A stretch of DNA of 64,000 nt from a phage, in NCBI GenBank assembly GCA_012441205.1, contig GCA_012441205.1_4705.1, one strand, 5' to 3'. Positions 29,806 to 39,000 of the stretch are shown here, piece after piece. The translations under genes and the position numbers were made by a program. Numbering within the stretch: the first letter of the stretch is position 1; every line of letters begins with the position of its first letter. The notes under the pieces are model-generated. The model searched no databases, was not told where the DNA came from, and saw nothing but the letters and a program-made list of their open reading frames with translations.

Positions 29806-31278
29806 TTATTTATTCAAGTATCTGAAATCCCACTTATCTTTACGTCGTTTATCGCACTTAATGTCAGGATGATTAACACGATGCCTAATAGTTGTTGCCG
29901 ATAGCTGGCTGAGATTCTCAGCAGATCGTGCGCCAAGAACAACGAGTTTTGTGTCGTCTGGACGCGTAACTTCTACTGCCCGATAATGCTTACGTAACAC
30001 ATCACGCCAATATTCACGACGTTCTGGTTCAGCATACTCAAGCATGTAACCGTTAACATCTACTAAACCGTAGCTTTCGTTTAATCGAGAGGTAGCGGCT
30101 GGTTTACTAATACCGATTGCTTTAGCCGCATCGACCACGGTTTTATACGGGGTCTCATTACCGTCTCTATCTACAACCACAATGAAATCTGGACGTGAAT
30201 CGAGTAGCTGCTGTCTGCGTTCGACGGCTTGTTGATGAAGCACCATGTTAACGTGTTCGAACCCGTAACCTTCTGGGCCACGCCATCCTGGATTGTTGTT
30301 CGCTCGATAAAGTATCGTCGATGATTTCACTCCAGTCTGACGCGATGCCTCGTTTGCGCTATGAACAACCGTGGTAGAGCCATCAGGATGATATATCCGT
30401 ATCTGGTTCATTATACCGGAACCAATGAAGTTACCATCGGCTGATTTAATGTCCGGCCATGGTTGCGGGTCATCTTTGAATTTAACCACCCAGCGGTTGT
30501 TAAACAGCTTAACTTTTCGAACATGTTTGCCTAATGTCGTATCCGTAACACCTGCGACCACTGACGCTTGTGTAATGCTCAGGTACTCAGTAACGGTATC
30601 GTTCCAAGTATCCCAGAGCAGAACCGGTTTATTGTCGTCACGTAAACCATGTTCGATAGCATGCAGGACATTACGACTTCTGGTTGCCCATTCCAGATTG
30701 TCAAGAGAATAGTTCCACTTATCAGCATCAAGATGATTAACGTCCATCTTATCGACATTAGCCGGATATTCCCGCCACGCCAACATCAAGCAGCGATGTA
30801 AAACCTTAGTTCTCGTTGTATCTCGACAATCGTGACGTAGACTAATGAATACGTAGTTATCCTTTTTCGGATACGATCTGCATTCCTGTCCATCCTTGCG
30901 GGAGATAACTCGCCCTTTCTCATTTATCAGATAACGAGTATGTCCAGGAATAACACGATAACCAGGGTACTTAGCGATCTCATAAGCAGGCTCGAAACGA
31001 TAGGATAAGTTATCAACATCCCAATTAGATTCGTCGCCGTCAACAAACATCGCTTTGACGTACTTCTGTGTTTCAATATCAACCAGGATGTTTTTGTGTG
31101 CGATACAAATCAATGCTGGGATATTGAATTCGCGACCAGCTAAAGTAACAGTGTCGCCGTTTCTCGGTATCGCGACGTGGGTATCACGATACCGTAAGTT
31201 TCCATAGCCGTCTATTTCAATCCAGCTCAGAAACGGAATAGATATAAATTCTTTTTCAGATACTCGCCATTTAAACAT
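29806..31278 (-). CDS. HNH homing endonuclease (intron-encoded)
   Basis: 490 aa; HNH motif VNHLDADKWNYSLDNLEWATRSRNVLHA and an N-terminal NUMOD4-like segment YPGYRVIPGHTRYLINEKGRVIS; own ATG at 31278 with AGGTG RBS; located in the 5' peripheral region of the intron. Confidence 0.8.
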   Translation of the reverse strand: MFKWRVSEKEFISIPFLSWIEIDGYGNLRYRDTHVAIPRNGDTVTLAGREFNIPALICIAHKNILVDIETQKYVKAMFVDGDESNWDVDNLSYRFEPAYEIAKYPGYRVIPGHTRYLINEKGRVISRKDGQECRSYPKKDNYVFISLRHDCRDTTRTKVLHRCLMLAWREYPANVDKMDVNHLDADKWNYSLDNLEWATRSRNVLHAIEHGLRDDNKPVLLWDTWNDTVTEYLSITQASVVAGVTDTTLGKHVRKVKLFNNRWVVKFKDDPQPWPDIKSADGNFIGSGIMNQIRIYHPDGSTTVVHSANEASRQTGVKSSTILYRANNNPGWRGPEGYGFEHVNMVLHQQAVERRQQLLDSRPDFIVVVDRDGNETPYKTVVDAAKAIGISKPAATSRLNESYGLVDVNGYMLEYAEPERREYWRDVLRKHYRAVEVTRPDDTKLVVLGARSAENLSQLSATTIRHRVNHPDIKCDKRRKDKWDFRYLNK

Positions 31279-31344
31279 ATTAACACCTATTAAATAGGAA
31301 ACATCATATTAATAGGTTTAAAAGTTAAAAATGACAGAAAATGG

Positions 31345-32820
31345 CTAAATTGAATCACCACCAAGTCCGGCGAGGTATGGCGCAGGGACAATAGTCGTTT
31401 CTACGAACGAAGCATTAGGTAACCAGTCGGGGTATTCCCATGCGATAAATCGTTCATCCGTTATTGGTTCCCAGTTACTATCCAGTTCGGTTTTCGGTTT
31501 TGCGGCGACGGTTGTACGTGCGTAACAGGTTAACGGGATAACGGATTGCATACCTGATACCGGATAACGTGTTACCATCGCAGCCAGGTTATTCCAGTAC
31601 TTATATCCGGCAATATAGATAAGCTCGGTGTAAGTAATGGGGTGAACATCCGCGCCAGGTTTATTCAACATCTCCGGGGGTAATTCACTCATGTCACGGA
31701 ATAACCGAAACGAATCGTTGTTCACATAGACGAGGCAAAGATATCGTCCATTGACCATGATAGGCTCGTTACGCACGCCAGGATCGCTTAAGGTGTTCAG
31801 TAAACGTTCTATTCCGTCCCATGTTGTAAAGTCATCGATGGTGTCTGGATCAAGCGTGACGCGCTCACGTTCCATCGTTTCGGTATCAATAAGTTCAACT
31901 TCTGTAACATCACGGACAAATATTTCCTGCAAAATACCGGTACGTAACGCATGTTGCGTTACTGGGAGAGCGGCTTTACTCATCTGGTATAACCCTAACT
32001 GAACCGCGGTACAGGAAGGCTGGTTAGGCGACCCTAATACCTCCGTTGTGGGGTTAATTGCCGAAATAACGTTACGGGTTGAGTTCCAAACGCGACGTGA
32101 ACCAAACTTACCTTGGAAGATCCCTTTCTTACCCTGGAACATATCCAACAGTAAAGCGTAGATATCGTTGAATGTTCTCTGTAAGCTCCAGCGCTGGCCG
32201 TCGTAAACGGGATCGGAATAATCTTTTAATCCATCAGGGACGGTGTTAGAAATTGCAAGGAAACGACGATACAACTCCGTGATTTCTTGCTCGCTTTCAT
32301 ACCCACCTTCTTTTACTTCTATTTCACGTAAGCCTGCAGGCAATACCAGTAAGTGACGGGTCATCGCTTTGAACATGTTCTCTTCGACAACTTTAATTCG
32401 TAGCTCTCGTTGAGCTGAACCCGTTGAAACGAACTTGATATCCGCGACGTGTTGTGCAAAGAACCCGTATCCTGTTTGTCCTGTTAATGCATCAGACGCA
32501 ACGAAGTCGCGTTGTTCGGGATCCCACCGAGCGTACGCCTTCCCCGACATGATATCGCCATAGAGGTGTTTTAATCGAATGAGACGGTCGTAAATGACAG
32601 GATGCAGGATTTCAACCTTGCATTCAATCACCGCAAATCGACGGTCTCGATCTTCACTACCCGCACTACCAAAGATGGTGTAAGAATAGAAACCATCATC
32701 GTGGAAATTACCGGTGCTTGGGTCACGAATGCTCATGCTCGTGATCTTGGGGAGAAAACGTAACTGCTGTTTATCGAGGTGTAAAATACTAATATTAAAC
32801 GGCTCTCTGACTTTAGCCAT
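31345..32820 (-). CDS. RNAP beta-prime-like N-terminal subunit, exon 1 at ORF level (last about 57 codons are probably intron sequence)
   Basis: Start moved to the ATG at 32820 (MAKVREPF..., AGAGGAG RBS about 9 nt upstream). MFQGKKGIFQGKFGSRRVWNSTRNVISAINP matches the beta-prime [27 protein letters not shown] region, and TRYPVSGMQSVIPLTCYA matches NRAPTLHRLGIQAF...HPLVCAA. The ORF then runs into a stop at 31345 without the expected DFDGD; the likely 5' splice site is near 31516. Confidence 0.65.
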   Translation of the reverse strand: MAKVREPFNISILHLDKQQLRFLPKITSMSIRDPSTGNFHDDGFYSYTIFGSAGSEDRDRRFAVIECKVEILHPVIYDRLIRLKHLYGDIMSGKAYARWDPEQRDFVASDALTGQTGYGFFAQHVADIKFVSTGSAQRELRIKVVEENMFKAMTRHLLVLPAGLREIEVKEGGYESEQEITELYRRFLAISNTVPDGLKDYSDPVYDGQRWSLQRTFNDIYALLLDMFQGKKGIFQGKFGSRRVWNSTRNVISAINPTTEVLGSPNQPSCTAVQLGLYQMSKAALPVTQHALRTGILQEIFVRDVTEVELIDTETMERERVTLDPDTIDDFTTWDGIERLLNTLSDPGVRNEPIMVNGRYLCLVYVNNDSFRLFRDMSELPPEMLNKPGADVHPITYTELIYIAGYKYWNNLAAMVTRYPVSGMQSVIPLTCYARTTVAAKPKTELDSNWEPITDERFIAWEYPDWLPNASFVETTIVPAPYLAGLGGDSI

Positions 32821-33065
32821 GGAGACACTCCTCTTTACCACCACCGGCTGCGGCGGTATCATCTGAACACACGAGAGACGTAATGGGTGATGGCGTCACC
32901 CATCGCTTCCTTGCTTGAGGCGAGGAAGTTATTAGGTTACGTACCTGCCTGATTTTATCAGGTGGGCGATGTGTGAAGTTACGCTTCAACATTATCAATG
33001 CCGAAGGTAAACTTCGTGCATCACGTTCCAACGTAACATGGGAACGTATCGAACTGGAGGTATAC

Positions 33066-36000
33066 ATGGTAGATAAAACCCGTGTTGAGGGTGATGATAA
33101 TTGGGACAACTGGGATGAAGACTTCTCCCTGGATCTCGATTTTAACGAACCCAAAGACGATCGTAAACCGATAACACGCTTTGCGATAGGAGCGGTTAAA
33201 GGTGCTGCTGAGGATCTTACTTCCTACGAAAGAATGAAGGAGATCGCCAGAAACGCATTGCCTAAGGGCTACAGCGACGGTATGGATCTTATTGATTCCG
33301 CCGTCGGATCCACGAAGGAACTATACAATGAAGCCGTTCGTGACGTTCTTCCTAAGGTCCAAAGCTCAAAACGGTTAGCCGCACAACTGACCAAGAAATA
33401 CCGTGCGAGCATGCCCGATTTCTCGAAGAAAATTCTTGAACAATGGGAGCGAGAAGCCAAGGAAGAAGACGAACGTAAACAAGCTGAAGAAACCCTTCGT
33501 CAACGCATGGCGAGCGCGGGGGACGATGAGATCGCCCGCAAGGTTGCCGAGGCATTAGGCGAATCAGCAAACCAAAGCGCGGATCAGTTCGCTGAACAGC
33601 AAGCGAAAGAGAGTATCCGTGACGATATCGCTGACAAACGGTACGCTGTAACCAACAAACAAATGAGCGCGATGCAAGAAGGCGTCGCCAAGATGGTTGG
33701 TTTCAACAACGAATTCGCTGCACGCTACATGCGTAAAAGCCTGGAACTGAAATATCGTTCCTTAGCGATTCAACGTGCAAGTTTTGATCAGCATAAAAAG
33801 TTAGCCGAAGTCTATATCGGTTTATTACAAAACATCCAGAAGAATACGGCTTTACCTGATGCGGCTAAAGCAAAAATGTCGGAAGAATTCCGCCGTAGCG
33901 CGTACCAACGTTTCTTTGGTAATGCGTTAGATGCGATGAGTTCTTTCGAGAACCGTTTCTTTGCCGATGTTAAGAAGAACCTTGCCACCAACGCATTAGG
34001 CGCTTTAAAAGGTGTCGTGTCCGGCGCAAACGATGCGTTATACGGTTTAAACGAAGCGCGTGACTCGATGTCCATGATGGACGGGATGGGGTCAGAAGGC
34101 GATATTAAGGAAATGCAAGGAAAGATGTTGGGTCAGTTCATTGGCTCAACTGTCGCGCCGTGGATGGCTAATAAAGGCAGGATGGCGTTACGCGATTTAG
34201 CAAAACGTCACCCCAATGCTAAATTCGCTAGCGCATTAAAAGCCGTGGATCAAGGTGGTGAGGCTGCCGCTTACACGACGCGTAATCTCGGTAAACTGCT
34301 CCAGGAAGATATTCGTAAAAACGAATTCAATCTTAGCGATCCGTTTTACAAGCAATTGTTACGCGGTGCAGGGCGTTGGGCGTTCAACATGGACAGCGGA
34401 CGTAACTTCCGCGTGATGAACGACACCGCTGAAACACTGGCGGAGCAAACATCTTTCGACGGTTTAACTTACCGCAGTATCAATGAAGTTATTCCTGGTT
34501 TTCTTGCACGCATTCTGAAAAGCAGTGAAGGTATCCGCACCGGAAACAGCGATCCTGACTACGAGGTCTATGACGGCATCAGCGGACAATTCGTGTCTCA
34601 GCGCACGCGTGAACAAAGCGTCAATGACACGCTGTTTAACAAACGTACATTTGGTTATTACGCCAGCCGTTTCAACGAGGTTATCTCGGTCATCGATCCC
34701 GATAAGCAATTATCGGAAAAAGCCAGAAAGGCGCTGGCCAAGCAGTTGGCGCGAGATAGCGACGCGAACATCGCATTCGACCCGGCTCGTTTTACGGATG
34801 AAAGCAACTTCGATCGTAGTATTGACCGCGACGCTATTAAGGAACTTTCCACGTACTTTCGTGACCGTTACGGTATTCGTGATGATGTCAACGATAAGGG
34901 CGAACGTCATCAGGTCATTGGAAACCGCGGGCAATATTACACGGAACGTAACCGAGCCGATCTTCGTTACGGTCATCTGAAATCTTTACAACCGGATATC
35001 CAGCGTAACCTTAACCTGCTGAAACGTACTGGTGACGTCCAATATCTGGAACGGATTGGGATTGTAACGAGAAATAGCGACGGAAGCTACTCGGTTAATC
35101 ACGATCGGTATTTCTCTGAAATCGATCAATACATCGACCGACCGGAGTACGCTGACCGCGGCGATGTCAATACGCGATTAACCGCTCAGGAAACAAGAGC
35201 GCTGGCGCTGGGTTATCGTGACGCAAAACCATCAGCTGGTGACGTCCAAAATGTCGGCCTGCCGAACATCGGTCGTAAGGCTGCTGGAACAGTAACCGTT
35301 GATGAAAACATCGGCTACGATAAATGGTGGAACGACACAGGTGTTATCACCACATCGCTTGAAGAACAGAATCGAGCGTGGCAAGAGCTTTATCTCGAGG
35401 CGTTGTCCGAAGCATCCGAACAACGTGTTGAAATGCTTGCGCTGCTGAAAGCCATTTCTGAGAAAGACTGGTCTAATAACGTTTCGCTGGATGGTGAAGA
35501 TGTACCTGAAGGTACAGCACCCATTTCATTTATCGATCGTGCCAAACAAAAACTCGGCGGACGCAACCTGTTTAAAGGCGGCCGCAATCTCCTCTGGAAA
35601 GGAATTAAAAATACCGCACGTTTAGGTGTTAAAGGCGCACGCTGGGGTGCAGAACGCACGTTGGGTAGTTTGGTAAATTCTGGCCGACGCATTATCAATT
35701 TCAACCGCTTCGTGTTCGGCGCATTATCCAAGGTTGATCAGGTTCCGTTTGACATTTACGTTAAAGGGGAATCCCAACCACGCATACTGGCTGCCAAACT
35801 TCGTCAGGGGTTATACTTCGACGAAGCGACAGGAAAAGCCGTAAAACGGATGAAGGATATCAAAGGCCCACTCGTTGATGCGGATGGAAACATCGTAATC
35901 AGCAACGAGGATATCGAGAAAGGGTTGGTCACTCGCGCTGGTCGTGCCTTTGAGAATTCAGGACTTAAAGCATGGGCACGTGAAGGTCTTAATGGAATAA

Positions 36001-39000
36001 CGACGGCATTAAGTCTCCCACGGATGTTAAAACGCGGTGCGGTTGAGATCTACAAACAGCTTGACAAAACACCCGACGTTTACGTCAAGGGAGAATCAAC
36101 GCCTCGTCTGTTGTCCATGGTGTTAGCAGCGGGTGGGTATTTCCGTCGCTCGGATGGACAAGTCATCAAAAATCTTGAAGACATCGATGGTGATGTTGTT
36201 GATGCACAAGGTAACGTCGTACTTACGCTTGCCGACATGCAGAAAGGACTTGTCGATAAATACGGTAAAGCGATTCGTCGTTTAAAAGAAAAGCTCATCA
36301 ACTTCGGTGTAAAAGCTTTTACGTTACCGTTAACGTTGCTACGTAAGACAAAGGACATCCTTAAAGCCCTTCCAGGTAAAACCGTTAACGGTCTACGGCG
36401 GATGGGATTAAATTTCCAATCACCCGACGCATTACTGGTGGGAACAACGTCGAGCATGGTAGATCGCCTCGATGCTATTTACCAGCTTCTTGACCAGCGT
36501 ATGCCGGGAGGTGATAAGGATTACCGCGATTGGAATGGCGATGGTGTTCGAGAAGGATCGTTGGAAGACCTGAAACGTAAGCGTGAAGCCAAGGAAAACG
36601 GTAAGGATGACATCGGCAAAGATTCCAATAAAGGAGAAGAAAAGGAGAAGAAACGAGGGTTACTCGGAAGCCTTTTCGATATGCTCGGTGATACCGCAAT
36701 AGGTAAACGTCTCATGGCGAGTCCGCTTGGAAAAATTCTGGGTGGTCTTGGGGCGGTGTTAAGCGGCGGTGCGTCGTTAACTGGGTTGTTGGGCAAAGGT
36801 CTCATTAGAGGAACCGGCGCGCTGGTCAAGGGAGGACTAAGTGCGGCAGGATGGTTAGGACGTGGTGCGTTAATGGCGGGTGGGGCCGCGTTGAACGCCG
36901 TTGGTGGGTTATCGGGATTAGGTGCATTCCTCATCTCACCTGTTGGGCTTGCTATCGCTGGCGGTGCGTTGGCTGCTTATGCTGGATGGAAGATCTATCA
37001 GCATTTCGCCGAGAAGCCTGACCCGATGCAGAAGCTCCGTCTTATTGCATACGGTGCAAAAGGGGATGATAAAGACTTCAATAAGAAGCTGCTTGCGACA
37101 GAAACATACCTCACCGACCATGTGGTCATGACCGGGGATACCATCGGATTCGATCCGAAAGCCGATTCTGAAAAGATTCTCGAAATCTGGGAATTGTCTC
37201 TGGAAGATTCCGACCGAATGAACGAATGGAAACGCTGGTATCTGCATCGTTTTATTCCTGTTTTCGCTCGTGCGTACAAACTCTGGAAAGAGCATATGCC
37301 GGACGAGAAGAAATACATGGAAATGGATAAATATCCGAACGGTGAGAACAAAGTGAAATGGTCGGAAGCGTTTATCTGGCCTTCCGATAGTCCTGATGGT
37401 CCGTATTACGTCGAAGCTAACCCGTTGGGTTCTTCTGGTGCGACGCGTTATATTGCTGGTCAAGACGTCAAAACCTTGATGCTGAAACAGCTCGAAGCCA
37501 TCAAGAAAGAGTACCAGAATCAGATTAAGCAATACACTCATGATGAGGCTATTGCTGATTGGTCACGGATGTCTGACACACAACGTAAATCCGTTGCGCC
37601 TAACGCATTACGTGGTCAGAAAGCGTCATTACGTTTTAACGATAAACGTTACAACAGCGCTGGTGCTAAAGGACGACAGAAACTGGATGCAACCGCGGTT
37701 ATTGAAAGCGTAGACCGTCGTGGTAGAAAATGGGTTGCCGGTGGATACATCGATGAACTCACCAGTCTCCGTGTTCGTGCGTACGGTATTAAGGTTCCGT
37801 TGTTAAGTCAGATAAAAGTGCTGATGGAACTCGAAGACGCTGTAGAACCTGGCGTTGTCGCTGAAGGTAAAGGTGTTAAATACGGTGGCGATCTTGTCGC
37901 GCTCTACAAGAAATTCGCGACGAAGTTCGGAAGAGACGTTAACAGCAAGCATGATCAGGATATCTGGTTTGCTTGGATGAACAACCGTTTCCTGCCCGTC
38001 TTTTTAACCTATTACCAACAAGTTAGCGACATGGGCGGTCAAGGACTTCTGTCCGACGTGGTACAGAACCTGAAAGACAGCCAACGTTGGGAAATCGGTG
38101 AAGAACTTGTCGCAGCGCAATACCGTGATGAGAAAGGTACACTGCAGCCCGTATGGTCGTGGAACAGTTGTGGTTTCTCCGGTACTGAAGCTAACACCAC
38201 CAGCAGTTCAACAAAGAGTCAGCTCGATCTGTTAAAAGAATATGCGGATAAAGAGAAGGTTCGTGAGAAGAACGCGGAAGCATCGCAAGAGGATACCGAT
38301 AAATTATCGAAGATCCAAGAGCTGATGATGAAGCAGGCTGGGTACGAGAAGAAAGACGGTGTCTGGCAGAAGAAATCTCGCATTACCGGCGGGATGAGTA
38401 ACTCCGAAGCGAATTACAACCCCAATGGGAATAAGGTCGGTGCAAGCAGCTTTACTGCTTCAGCTACTTCCAGTGCGGGATTGGGGTCAACCGGCGATCT
38501 TACCGGATTGCCTAACATGGGCTTACAGAAACCTGCAACGGGGCCAGGTCCCGAAGCTGGACGTCGTGCGCTTGTTAAATCCGCTGTGAAACGCGGTATT
38601 ACCGATCCAATGGAAATGGCGATGTTCCTTGCAAACATCGAACATGAATCGGGGAACTACACTCACGTACGTGAGGGGAACTATAAGACACCAGAGCATC
38701 TTAAACAGGTCTTCCCTTACAAATTCCGTGACGTGCAGGATGCAGCGCAGACGATTAGCATGGGGCCGGAAGCGGTGTTCGAACGCGTGTACGGTAATCG
38801 TAAAGACTTAGGGAACACGCAGAAAGGAGACGGGGCGAAGTATTTAGGACGTGGCTTCATTCAGGTTACCGGTAAAGCTAACTACGCTCGTCTGTCCAAG
38901 ACCTTGAATAAAGATCTTGTCAGCGATCCATCATACCTGGAAACGCCGGAAGGTGCGGCGGAAGGTAGTGTCGCGTGGTGGCTCAACCGAGGCAATGTGT

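Larger units (their letters stand above)
29381..31515 (-). mobile_element. group I self-splicing intron with embedded HNH homing-endonuclease ORF (boundaries approximate)
   Basis: All four conserved group I core elements occur in the canonical order and spacing on the minus strand: P AATTGCTGGGAA (29744-29755), Q AATCAGCAGCC (29603-29616), R GTTCAACGACTAAGGG (29535-29550), S TTTGATATAGTCTCC (29451-29468). P7 pairs as GACTA/TAGTC and P4 as TGCTG/CAGCA. The upstream ORF stops just short of the catalytic motif, which reappears in frame 3' of the core. Splice sites inferred from protein alignment only. Confidence 0.75.

Noticed and set aside
24842-32820. Possibility that the 505-aa and 1448-aa ORFs are two exons of a single gene joined across the intron
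   Set aside because: They match different RNAP subunits (beta-prime versus beta), a TAA stop lies in frame 3 nt before the beta gene ATG, and the beta gene has its own GGAG RBS. The short FDGD-containing frame is the better exon 2.
32813-33154. 113-aa minus-strand ORF across the divergent promoter region
   Set aside because: It overlaps the start regions of both flanking genes and the hairpin-rich spacer; the verified RBS-ATG at 32820 belongs to the beta-prime gene in another frame.
34464-37541. Multiple antisense or out-of-frame ORFs (60-200 aa) inside the 2221-aa gene, for example 34525..34980 (+), 36521..36934 (-), 36936..37541 (-)
   Set aside because: They are fully embedded in a long, motif-supported coding region, lack RBS signals, and have low-complexity translations typical of shadow frames.
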